A stretch of 64,000 bases of DNA. Origin: an uncultured Gammaproteobacteria bacterium (GTDB taxonomy: Bacteria; Patescibacteriota; Microgenomatia; JAMCZE01). Each line of letters starts with the position of its first letter. The stretch's first letter is position 1. The notes under the pieces are model-generated. The model searched no databases and was not told where the DNA came from. It saw only the letters and a list, made by a program, of their open reading frames with translations. Where the stretch lies: the NCBI GenBank assembly GCA_964641255.1, contig CAZXMM010000001.1, forward strand, positions 873,890-937,889. Direction: 5' to 3'. Shown piece by piece: positions 29,956 to 38,455 of this stretch. The position numbers and the translations under genes are program-made.

Positions 29956-30975
29956 CTAAAGTTCCTTCCAAGAATACGACCCATCGGCAACTCGGCGACA
30001 AATACTTACGCTATCGTCCTCTCCAGAAGCGCCAGAAGTAAACCACATGGTTCCCCTGACCGACTCGGAGCAGTTAGGCTTAGCCACAAATTGACCTGGG
30101 TTGAGTCGTAACCCGCCATTAATTTCCAACTTTTGGGTGGCATTATCGGTACCAATCCCTAGGTTACCCGCATAGTTGAAGTTAGCTCGTTTGCCATAGC
30201 CTGTCCAAAATTCGATACTACCATTACTGTTTGAACTACTGATTCGTACCGGCCCAGTACCAGAATCAATAACAAACTTGCCAGCCACATCGGGATTATT
30301 GTAATTCGATGAATAGGCTGAGATATAACCGTTACCATTAGCTGAGGTAACAAAAATTTGGGAAACTCCAAGCCAACTCGCATCATTTTCTACCCGCAAG
30401 CCAGTTTCCCCACTAGTGGAGTATTTAACATGCAGTGGAGTCAAGGGAACGCCCCCGACCCCCACCCTCCCGGCCTGATAATAAAGATCGTTGCCACTTA
30501 CTTGCCACTGGCCATTACCAGTACCAGGGTTGGGGGTTAGCCAAGATAGGATGCCGGCTCCATTGTTAGTTAGCACTGTCCCCGCACCACCCTGAGTAGT
30601 CGGCCAACTGTAGGAAACGCCAGTGATCTTAGCTAGATTACCGGTAGTCAGATTGACACCAAAAAGATTGCCCACGGAAAAATCTGTCCACGGGGACTTC
30701 GTACCCACGCCAACATTGCCCTTATTATTAACAAAAAGCCCTACGGAATTGGTGGGAGCTAGTTGAACAGCTCCAGTTGTGGGTCCACCTAACAAAAGAG
30801 TCTTCATACCGACAGTACTTAGTGTGGGATCCTTAAAAATAGTCAGTTTGCCAGCAATACTGGCAACTAGCGGTGGAAACGGAAGAGCCTCATTAGCCGG
30901 AGCGGCTAGAACTGGCGAAGCAAGAGTGAAAAAGAAAATGTACCAGATTAGACTAACTAAAAACAACCTCTTCAT
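29956..30975 (-). CDS. secreted Gly/Asn-rich hypothetical protein
   Basis: Signal peptide, repeated G.VG.GT / GNxG motifs. Confidence 0.4.
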   Translation of the reverse strand: MKRLFLVSLIWYIFFFTLASPVLAAPANEALPFPPLVASIAGKLTIFKDPTLSTVGMKTLLLGGPTTGAVQLAPTNSVGLFVNNKGNVGVGTKSPWTDFSVGNLFGVNLTTGNLAKITGVSYSWPTTQGGAGTVLTNNGAGILSWLTPNPGTGNGQWQVSGNDLYYQAGRVGVGGVPLTPLHVKYSTSGETGLRVENDASWLGVSQIFVTSANGNGYISAYSSNYNNPDVAGKFVIDSGTGPVRISSSNSNGSIEFWTGYGKRANFNYAGNLGIGTDNATQKLEINGGLRLNPGQFVAKPNCSESVRGTMWFTSGASGEDDSVSICRRVADGSYSWKEL

Positions 30976-31029
30976 ACCAGCACTTTAACGGGGATGTTAA
31001 TCCTCGTCAATAGTTAAAACTATGTCAAG

Positions 31030-33654
31030 TTACCAACACCACCAAAGAAAACAACTCTTAAGTTTTGAGGCGCCTTTGGTAACCTTCGACTCCTTAGGTG
31101 GCTGGACCAGCGAAACATCCTTGACGTTAGTTTTGGACTCCTGTTCAGATTTTAAAAGTCCGTTATCTTGTGAATTGGCACCTAAAACCGAGGTTCCCCC
31201 TCTCAGTGCTGGATAGACGACTGCAAAGAGCGACAATTCCCGAGTGGAGGTAGCAATGGTTTGATTATTTCTATTAACAACCCACGGTCCAGGAAGTTGC
31301 CGCCAACGCCCTAGCTTCTTATCATAGTAAGCTATCCGCAACGATTCTGGCAAACGCCCTAGCAATTTTTCCGAATCGAAACTAAGAACTATTGTATACG
31401 GATTATCGGTACGCAAAACCGGGTAACCGTTGAAGGCAGACACGGCCGAGAAATCATAAATTCTCGAATAGATATTTAGGCCCTGGGCCCAAGGGAACGG
31501 AACCGCAGCGGTTGTTAGCATCTCTGGTGATTTTTCCACTGGTTTAATGTATAAATCAATACTCGTAGCTTGAGAAGGAATAATCCCCCCGATACCTGGA
31601 TTACTAACTGACCCGGTTAATGATAAAACCCCACCCTCTCCAATACTGCCCACCCTGTTGGGCCCCACACTGATTGGCTGGGCATAACCAGAGATTAGAT
31701 TGGGATTAGAAGTTGAACCAGCAGGAGGTGGAACAATCGTAAAAGCAAACGAGGCATAATTACTGGAGGCAGTATATGAAGTGTTGCCATCATAGGCCCT
31801 AATGTAGGCGGTGTGTGTGCTAAGCGACAGCTCAGAACTAACCTGACAAGAGTAGTTACTATTACCAATCAGTGTACAAGTCTGCCAGTCAGATGTGCTA
31901 TCAATGCTAAACTGAACACCAGATAAACTGGTGGTTGCAAGTGAAGACACCGTAATGTTTCCTGACATACCCGGAGTGCGGTCATCATGCTGACTGAAAC
32001 TGTTAGCGCTCGGAGTGTGAGGAAAATTGTAGATAACATACACTGAGCCCGAAGAGGTTATATTATTAAGATTAGCGTTAGCAGCTGGCACTATCAGATC
32101 GTTCTTACCATCCGCATTGAAATCGGCGAGCACCAAACGGGAGTCACCCAATTGGTCTCCTGCCGTGGACCCATCTAAACGATAAACAAACTTGGTGACA
32201 TCTGCTAGGTCAACAGTATTACCAGTTCCTGAATAGTTTTCCAATAAGGTGTTATTAACAGCATATACAGATCCCGAACTAGAGCGGGAATTATAGTCAC
32301 TTAGCCGGCTACCTATTACCAAATCGCTAGGCCCATTATTATCTATATTACCCGCGACAATAACCCCCTCTCCTACAAGATCATTAGCTACCGCCCCATC
32401 AATCCGAACATTGAATTTAGCCGTATTTGCTAAATCCGCAGTGTTACCAGTTCCTGAATACGTACCCAATAAACTGTTGTAAATTACATAAAGTGAGCCA
32501 GAATTAGTGCGTGAATTATAGTCAGTAGCGCTAGTGCCCACGATAATGTCCAGTTTATTATCATTGTCCACATCCGCAAGCGCTCCCATACGCCCCCCTA
32601 GACCATCAAATGAAGTGCTACCAGCTACAGGACCATCAAATCGAACATTGTAAGTAGCAGAGCTTAAGTTTAGACTATTAGCTGTACCCGTATAATCATC
32701 CAAAATGGTGTTATAGATCACATACACTGATCCGGATCCACTACGGGAATTTCTATCAGCCTGAGAAGCAGCAACTACTAAATCGTTTTTACCATCGTTA
32801 TCTAAATCCCCTACAGTTAGGTTACCCTTACCCAACTCATCGCCAATGCCCTCGGCAAAGAAACGTAAATTAAAGTTTGAGGTGAAAGCCATATTGACGT
32901 TATTTCCCGTTCCAGAATAATCATCAATAAGCGTGTTATAAATAACAACCACTGCTCCATAGCTGGAGCCAGAACTAGTTTTGGCTGGCGCACCATAGAT
33001 AAGATCCTTCTTATTGTCGTTGTCCAAGTCAGCCAATGCTAACCCACTGTAATTTAACAAACACGAGCTACATTCTTGATAAGCAATATTAAAACTACTA
33101 CTACTTGCTAAATCTACCGTATTGCCAGTCCCAGTATAACTGGCTATTAAACTGCCATAGACAAGGTAAATTTTTGGCGCGGAAGAAAATGACATGAATG
33201 CTAGGTCGTCTTTTCCATCACCGTCCACATCCCCAGCTGCTACCGCAAATCCGAGGTTAGCTGAAGCTTCCGCACCGTCGTAGCGAACATTATAAGAGCT
33301 GGGACTACTTAAATCCCAGGTGCTACCTAAACTGGAATTATCATCCAAAAGTGTGTTATAGATTATGTAGATAGAGCCCGAATCGGCACGTGAGTTATAG
33401 TCGGTAGACGGAGACCCAATAACCAAGTCCGTTTTACCATCACCATCAAAATCCCCACTAGCAAGAGTACGCCCAACAACCCCATCGCTTACCGCCCCAT
33501 CATAGCGAATATTGTAATTACTGCTTGTTGCCAAATCTATAGTTACACCCTGGGCTGATACGCTGGTGGCAATACTAGCATTGACAAGAAAAAAAACTAC
33601 GAGGAATATCGGGAAGATAATCAACTGCAGTAAGATACTTTGACTCTTTTGCAT
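31030..33654 (-). CDS. secreted FG-GAP/VCBS-repeat (integrin-alpha-like beta-propeller) surface protein, 874 aa
   Basis: More than 7 repeats of DxDxDGxxDL(v/i)(v/i)G..(s/a) e.g. DFDGDGKTDLVIGSP, DVDGDGKDDLAF, DLDNDGKNDLVVAAS. Confidence 0.65.
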   Translation of the reverse strand: MQKSQSILLQLIIFPIFLVVFFLVNASIATSVSAQGVTIDLATSSNYNIRYDGAVSDGVVGRTLASGDFDGDGKTDLVIGSPSTDYNSRADSGSIYIIYNTLLDDNSSLGSTWDLSSPSSYNVRYDGAEASANLGFAVAAGDVDGDGKDDLAFMSFSSAPKIYLVYGSLIASYTGTGNTVDLASSSSFNIAYQECSSCLLNYSGLALADLDNDNKKDLIYGAPAKTSSGSSYGAVVVIYNTLIDDYSGTGNNVNMAFTSNFNLRFFAEGIGDELGKGNLTVGDLDNDGKNDLVVAASQADRNSRSGSGSVYVIYNTILDDYTGTANSLNLSSATYNVRFDGPVAGSTSFDGLGGRMGALADVDNDNKLDIIVGTSATDYNSRTNSGSLYVIYNSLLGTYSGTGNTADLANTAKFNVRIDGAVANDLVGEGVIVAGNIDNNGPSDLVIGSRLSDYNSRSSSGSVYAVNNTLLENYSGTGNTVDLADVTKFVYRLDGSTAGDQLGDSRLVLADFNADGKNDLIVPAANANLNNITSSGSVYVIYNFPHTPSANSFSQHDDRTPGMSGNITVSSLATTSLSGVQFSIDSTSDWQTCTLIGNSNYSCQVSSELSLSTHTAYIRAYDGNTSYTASSNYASFAFTIVPPPAGSTSNPNLISGYAQPISVGPNRVGSIGEGGVLSLTGSVSNPGIGGIIPSQATSIDLYIKPVEKSPEMLTTAAVPFPWAQGLNIYSRIYDFSAVSAFNGYPVLRTDNPYTIVLSFDSEKLLGRLPESLRIAYYDKKLGRWRQLPGPWVVNRNNQTIATSTRELSLFAVVYPALRGGTSVLGANSQDNGLLKSEQESKTNVKDVSLVQPPKESKVTKGASKLKSCFLWWCW

Positions 33655-33681
33655 GTTATCAATATACCAAAAAATAGGTAG

Positions 33682-34704
33682 CTACTTCGCAAGAAGAGAT
33701 TGGTAAAAATTAAGCATGTCAGCTACCGCCTTGTCCCAGCTAGGGACCAAATTGTGATCAGCCTGTGGATAAACTTTATAAGTGAGTGCCGACAGGGTCG
33801 CTTCTTTTTTAACTGCGGCAGTAAACTCATCCGACCAACACCTAGGAACTAACTCATCAATTTCTCCTTGTTGTAGTAAGATTGGCGCTTTAATCCAGGA
33901 AAGATAGTTAGTGACAGTAAATTCCTCTACGTTGTAGTTATCCTCAAACTGAGCTAAGACTCGTCTCAGGGCTTTCCCATGATCGTCAAAATCGTCAGTA
34001 TAGAAAAGTATGCTGTAAGGAAAGGGTTTAGTCACCGGATTCCACAGTACCGTAGGAATATCACGGCCGGTAATCGCAAGAGCCGCTAGGCTGATATGTC
34101 CCCCATTGGAATGGCCCCACATCCCCAAGCGACAACCTTTTTGACACAGTTTATCAGCCCCCGACAGTAAACTTAAAACAGTCGTATAAGTTTGAAATCT
34201 CTCCTCAAAAACATTAGTGCTAGGATTGTCAGAACCACCAAAGCCTAAGTGGTTGGGTGCCAAAGTAACATAGCCAGTTTGGGCCAACACGCTAGCTACC
34301 CGCTCGGTGCCAAAACCGGGATAAAACTCCTGCTGACTGGCAAAACCCCGGTTAAGAATAATAATGGGAGTGGTAAAGCCGGAAATCGTGGCTAGCTGAG
34401 ATTCACTGCTGGGGATATTAGCTATACCTAAAACGCGCCTACCGTCCGCCTCGAAAGAAAAATCCCAGGTAGTAAACTCTGGATTAGATTTAACAACTTT
34501 AGTAAAAGTGAGATGGGAATCAAATTGCCGTTTTTTTAGTGCTTCAAACGTATAGCTAAGTAGTGGTTTGGGTTTTTCTTCTCGGCTCGCTAGTTTGCCT
34601 ACTGGGGTCACAACGGAGGGTGACTGTAGAAAAAAATACCACCCGCCCAGTGTTAACAGACTAATAATCAGGCCGATAGCAAAGCCTAGGAGTCCGTTTT
34701 TCAT
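33682..34704 (-). CDS. membrane-anchored alpha/beta hydrolase
   Basis: GHSNG nucleophile elbow; ORF-track N-terminal 29 aa are tRNA translation, so start moved to MKNGLLG. Confidence 0.55.
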   Translation of the reverse strand: MKNGLLGFAIGLIISLLTLGGWYFFLQSPSVVTPVGKLASREEKPKPLLSYTFEALKKRQFDSHLTFTKVVKSNPEFTTWDFSFEADGRRVLGIANIPSSESQLATISGFTTPIIILNRGFASQQEFYPGFGTERVASVLAQTGYVTLAPNHLGFGGSDNPSTNVFEERFQTYTTVLSLLSGADKLCQKGCRLGMWGHSNGGHISLAALAITGRDIPTVLWNPVTKPFPYSILFYTDDFDDHGKALRRVLAQFEDNYNVEEFTVTNYLSWIKAPILLQQGEIDELVPRCWSDEFTAAVKKEATLSALTYKVYPQADHNLVPSWDKAVADMLNFYQSLLAK

Positions 34705-34778
34705 GGAGCCTGAGGTGGGAATCGGACCCACGACCTCTTCCTTACCAAGGAAGCGTTCTGCCACTGAACTACCCAGGC
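34704..34778 (-). tRNA. tRNA-Thr (anticodon GGU)
   Basis: Reverse complement GCCTGGGTAGTTCAGTGGCAGAACGCTTCCTTGGTAAGGAAGAGGTCGTGGGTCCGATTCCCACCTCAGGCTCCA folds as cloverleaf; anticodon loop TTGGTAA. Confidence 0.8.
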
Positions 34779-34864
34779 TACTAAGAGGCAATTATCCCTA
34801 AATGGTAACTAAAAGAAAATACCCCTTTCTCAAATACGATCAAGGCGCTATACTAACAACTAAT

Positions 34865-35041
34865 ATGGCCAGTAAAGATGTTACTCTCAAGCTGGGACTA
34901 GTCTGTAGTGTCTGCAATCGCAGAAACTATTTGACGTCCAAGAATAAGATGGAAAACAAAGACAAGTTGCTCCTCAAAAAGTACTGTCGTTTCTGTAAAG
35001 TGCACACCGACCATAAAGAGGTAGAAAAACTAGGCAAATAG
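34865..35041 (+). CDS. rpmG: 50S ribosomal protein L33 (C4 zinc-ribbon form)
   Basis: MASKDVTLKLGLVCSVCNRRNYLTSKNK...KKYCRFCKVHTDHKE; start at internal Met. Confidence 0.7.
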   Translation: MASKDVTLKLGLVCSVCNRRNYLTSKNKMENKDKLLLKKYCRFCKVHTDHKEVEKLGK

Positions 35042-35057
35042 CTCGCCCCACACCACT

Positions 35058-35669
35058 ATGCCAACGCGCAAACTCATAAAAATCTTGGTTTCTTCCCTCG
35101 CTCTCGGCTTTTTTCTGGGAGTATTGGTTTTTATCGGCACTTTGACTTACATTACTAAACGGGCCGTAATTGATAACAAAATTATCTCCGATGCCATTAT
35201 CATTCTTGGCAGTCGTACCCACTCTAATGAAACCGCCAATCCCTGTCTTGTGGCCAGAATCAAGCACGGGGTAGATCTCTATCACCAGGGCTATGCTAGT
35301 AAAATAATTTTAGCTGGGGGCTACAATCCCGATGATAAACTGATCGAGGCCGAAGAAATGAAGAAGCTGACCCTGGCCCTCGGAGTTACCGAGGAAGATG
35401 TTTTGCTTGAGAGCAAGTCAACGAGCACCCAGGAGAATTTAGTGTTTTCTAACAAGATTATGAGTGATAACGGCCTAACCAGAGCAATTATTGTAACTGA
35501 GCCCTACCACTCACCCCGAGCTGATCTAGTAGCTGATAAAGTCGGGATTACCCATACTGTCTCCCCCGCTGTAAAGAGTCCCTGTTGGACTAATTTTGCC
35601 TTAGGCTGGTTCCCCCTTCTAAGAGACACCGCCGCCCTCATTGACTACAAAATTAAGGGGAGGCTGTAG
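35058..35669 (+). CDS. DUF218 (YdcF/SanA/ElyC-like) membrane-anchored protein
   Basis: IIILGSR...ILAGGYNP...STSTQENLVFS pattern. Confidence 0.55.
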   Translation: MPTRKLIKILVSSLALGFFLGVLVFIGTLTYITKRAVIDNKIISDAIIILGSRTHSNETANPCLVARIKHGVDLYHQGYASKIILAGGYNPDDKLIEAEEMKKLTLALGVTEEDVLLESKSTSTQENLVFSNKIMSDNGLTRAIIVTEPYHSPRADLVADKVGITHTVSPAVKSPCWTNFALGWFPLLRDTAALIDYKIKGRL

Positions 35670-35675
35670 TTGGGA

Positions 35676-36938
35676 TTAGACTCCAATTAGCAATTCGGCA
35701 CGTTTTTTATTCCAAAACTCTCCCCGCCGACACAACAGTTGAGCGTCACTCGGGTCGGCCAATAAGCGTTCAACTAATGTTTCCAAAAGAATGGTATTCT
35801 GCGATCCCTTCAGTAAAATCACATCTCCGTTTTTTATAAAATTAAAGACGTCATCGGCTAGGGCGAGCATTTGTTCATGGACCCTGAGATTTTCCTGGGG
35901 AAATCCCAGCTCTAACGCTTTCGGGGCCAAAAAACTTTTCATTAATGGTCCAAAAGTAAAGATGACATCCGCGTCCTGGACCGCTTCCAAAGCTAGTGCT
36001 TCGTGTTCCTCCTGCGCTAGTTCTCCCAACTCTCGCATGTCACCTAAAATGGCAATTTTCCGTTTACCCTGAGCTTGTCTAAGAACTTTCAAGGCCCCAA
36101 TCATCGGAACCTTACTGGCGTTATAAGTCGAGTCAATTAAAGTAGAACCATTAATACCCTTAAAGACACTCATTCTGCCCGGTGGGAGTTTAAAATGGAC
36201 CTTGAGACGGGCTTTAGCACTCTTCTCATTAATCCCTAGAGCCTTGCCTACCGCCACGGCGGCGGCCAGAGTAGCGCCGTAATCTTTAGTGAGAACAAAC
36301 CCCGGCAAGTTAAGAGTAAAATTTCTCACACTATTACCCTCTCTCTGGCCAAAGGTTAACACCTTGGCCTGGGTTTTTTGTTCAAAAGCCAACACTCTTG
36401 GGTCGTCAGCATTTAAAATAGCGCTACCGCTACTAGGCAGGGCGGAAATTAGCTTCCCCTTTTCCCTGGCAATCCCATCCACACCATCCAAAAAGTTAGC
36501 AGTATGTACTGGAAGCGCATTGAGAAATACTCCAATGGATGGATGGATAAAGGACAAGAGGTAACTCATATCGCCTGGCTTATCTACACCCATCTCCGCA
36601 AGGTAAACATCATACTTTTCCCAGTTAGTCAGCAGTTGCCAGGGAGTAAGAAGTAGCGCCCGCAAAACCATTTCCAACACTGAGCCATAGTTCGCATCAA
36701 AGCCGAGGATATCCAGAGGCAGACCCACTTCTGAGTTAAAGCTTTTCTTACCCTCTTTAACGCGGTACTGATCTTTCAGGATGGCATAGATGGCTTCTTT
36801 GCAGGAGGTTTTACCTGCTGAGCCGGTAACACCGATAATCAGGGGGTGGATCTTTCTAAGCTGAACAGACGCAGCTACACGTAAGTAGGACAAAAAAAGA
36901 TTTAGAAGAATTCTACGCATAAATAATTGTATCACCAT
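35676..36938 (-). CDS. murF: UDP-MurNAc-tripeptide--D-Ala-D-Ala ligase (MurF-type Mur ligase)
   Basis: IIGVTGSAGKTSCKE P-loop, Mur ligase middle and C domains. Confidence 0.7.
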   Translation of the reverse strand: MVIQLFMRRILLNLFLSYLRVAASVQLRKIHPLIIGVTGSAGKTSCKEAIYAILKDQYRVKEGKKSFNSEVGLPLDILGFDANYGSVLEMVLRALLLTPWQLLTNWEKYDVYLAEMGVDKPGDMSYLLSFIHPSIGVFLNALPVHTANFLDGVDGIAREKGKLISALPSSGSAILNADDPRVLAFEQKTQAKVLTFGQREGNSVRNFTLNLPGFVLTKDYGATLAAAVAVGKALGINEKSAKARLKVHFKLPPGRMSVFKGINGSTLIDSTYNASKVPMIGALKVLRQAQGKRKIAILGDMRELGELAQEEHEALALEAVQDADVIFTFGPLMKSFLAPKALELGFPQENLRVHEQMLALADDVFNFIKNGDVILLKGSQNTILLETLVERLLADPSDAQLLCRRGEFWNKKRAELLIGV

Positions 36939-37100
36939 TATTATTGACAGGTATAATCGAACACTCTACATTAGTTGTATAAGTCTATGTCCTACCATCA
37001 AAAGCTTCGAGCCAAAATGCGACACCTAAGAAGTGAGGGCCACACGATTGGAAAGTTAGCGCGTATGACCGGGGCCTCCCGCAGCACCATGTCTCTGTAG

Positions 37101-37649
37101 GTGAAAGGGACAGAGCTGAGCAATTCAGCTAGAACTATTATTAAAAATAAACAATTATTGGCTCAACAGAAGGGACGTGGCACCATTCAAAAGCACCGCC
37201 AAGAAATTAAGGATCGTATCACAGCTACTGCTAATAAGCTTGTGGAAAAGGTGGCAATAGATAATGACTACGCCAAATTGTGTGCTTCTCTTATTTTTTG
37301 GTGCGAAGGCAGTAAAGGTCAAACTTCAGTACGTTTTACTAACTCGGACCCAACGCTTATAAAGCTGTTTCTTAATTTGCTCCGAAAGGGGTTTATGATT
37401 GACGAAACTAAGTTACGGGCCCTTATACACTTGCATGAGTACCATAACGAGCTTCAACAGAAGGCTTTTTGGAGTGACGTAACAAAAATTCCTTTGTCAC
37501 AATTTAGTAGGTCATATCTTAAACCGCATACCGGGAAAAATAAGCGAGCTAATTATCCAGGATGTCTAGCTGTTTATTACTATGACTCTAAAGTTGCAAA
37601 AGAATTAAGTGCAATCTACAATGCATTTACCTCAAGGGGTGTCGGTTAA
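37101..37649 (+). CDS. hypothetical protein with weak LAGLIDADG-like motif (possible degenerate homing endonuclease)
   Basis: LCASLIFWCEGSKGQTSVRFTNSDPTLIKLFLNLLRKGFMI resembles LAGLIDGDGS + beta-strand + ..LL..I...lg pattern; 3-prime end overlaps first 15 nt of tRNA-Trp. Confidence 0.25.
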   Translation: MKGTELSNSARTIIKNKQLLAQQKGRGTIQKHRQEIKDRITATANKLVEKVAIDNDYAKLCASLIFWCEGSKGQTSVRFTNSDPTLIKLFLNLLRKGFMIDETKLRALIHLHEYHNELQQKAFWSDVTKIPLSQFSRSYLKPHTGKNKRANYPGCLAVYYYDSKVAKELSAIYNAFTSRGVG

Positions 37650-37705
37650 CGGTAAACCATGGGACTCCAAATCCCAGACTGGGGGTTCAATTCCCTCCAC
37701 CCCTG
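37635..37705 (+). tRNA. tRNA-Trp (anticodon CCA), CCA tail not encoded
   Basis: AGGGGTG/CACCCCT acceptor, D-arm GGTTAACGGTAAACC, anticodon loop CTCCAAA, T-arm GGGGGTTCAATTCCCTC, discriminator G. Confidence 0.8.
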
Positions 37706-37731
37706 CTGCGTACTGTCAGAATAATCAAATC
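37690..37731 (+). repeat. repeat R0: tRNA-Trp T-arm/acceptor end plus 3-prime flank, homologous to cassette repeats R1-R9
   Basis: CCTCCACCCCTGCTGCGTACTGTCAGAATAATCAAATC aligns with R1 CCTCTGCCCAGGGTTGCTGCGTATTGTCAGGACAATCTAAATC. Confidence 0.6.
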
Positions 37732-37751
37732 TCCATTTGATACAATAAATA

Positions 37752-38378
37752 ATGGCCAAGAAGTACGATGCGGTGATAGTTTTAGCTGGGGGAGTAAATT
37801 CCGATGGCACACTTCCACAAATAATAAAAGAGCGGATTAATTTAGGAATTAGGCTATTACAAGAAAGCGCTTCAGACTTTTTGGTGTTCTCCGGGCACTT
37901 TACTTTTGTGCTAGATAACCCGCTCAATTTGAGTGAATCTGAGTCAATGAAAACTTATGCCATTTCCCAGGGAATCGCTGAAAGCAAAATCTTACTTGAT
38001 GACAAATCCAAAGATACCCTGAGCAATGCATATTTCGTAAAAGTGGACCTGGCCATACCCAGAAATTGGAAAAAACTTGCAGTGGTGAGCTCAGAAACCC
38101 ACATTGAGAGGGCTAAGTATTTATTTAATAAAGTTTTTGGGGCCAATTTTAAAATTGACTACTCTTCTACTCCATTTACCCAACTGGATACCGAGGGTTC
38201 AGCAAAAAGCAAAGAGATGGAGCGCAAACAGTTGGTTTTTTCGCATCAGTGGCTTGATCCAATTAAAGACGGTGACGATAGGTCCATTAAAGAATTGCTC
38301 TTTACCAAACACCCTGGCTTTGCGCCTAACCCAGAATTTACCATCACTCAGCTAATTGAACAACTAAATAAACTTTAA
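37752..38378 (+). CDS. DUF218 (YdcF/SanA-like) protein, second paralog; cassette 1
   Basis: AVIVLAGGVNSDG...LVFSGHF...SKDTLSNAYF...LAVVSSETHIERA DUF218 pattern. Confidence 0.5.
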   Translation: MAKKYDAVIVLAGGVNSDGTLPQIIKERINLGIRLLQESASDFLVFSGHFTFVLDNPLNLSESESMKTYAISQGIAESKILLDDKSKDTLSNAYFVKVDLAIPRNWKKLAVVSSETHIERAKYLFNKVFGANFKIDYSSTPFTQLDTEGSAKSKEMERKQLVFSHQWLDPIKDGDDRSIKELLFTKHPGFAPNPEFTITQLIEQLNKL

Positions 38379-38393
38379 CTTCTGCGTAAAAAG

Positions 38394-38455
38394 TTCGAAT
38401 ATCCTCTGCCCAGGGTTGCTGCGTATTGTCAGGACAATCTAAATCGAGATAAACT
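38394..38455 (+). repeat. cassette-boundary repeat R1 (short form)
   Basis: GCGTAAAAAGTTCGAATATCCTCTGCCCAGGGTTGCTGCGTATTGTCAGGACAATCTAAATC. Confidence 0.7.

Noticed and set aside
34568-34801. 77-aa plus-strand ORF, and the first 29 codons of the ORF-track model 33682..34791
   Set aside because: Both are translations of the tRNA-Thr(GGU) gene (peptide ...GIGPTTSSLPRKRSATEL / GSSVAERFLGKEEVVGPIPTSG). The alpha/beta hydrolase start was moved to the Met at 34704.
37101-37705. tRNA-Trp interrupted by a group I intron carrying the LAGLIDADG-like ORF
   Set aside because: The tRNA-Trp cloverleaf (acceptor, D, anticodon and T arms) is contiguous from 37635 to 37705 with no insertion. The ORF merely overlaps its first 15 nt.
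37646-37927. 93-aa minus-strand ORF
   Set aside because: It overlaps tRNA-Trp (peptide ...ELNPQSGIWSPMVYR is tRNA sequence) and is antisense to the DUF218 gene, so it is a spurious ORF.
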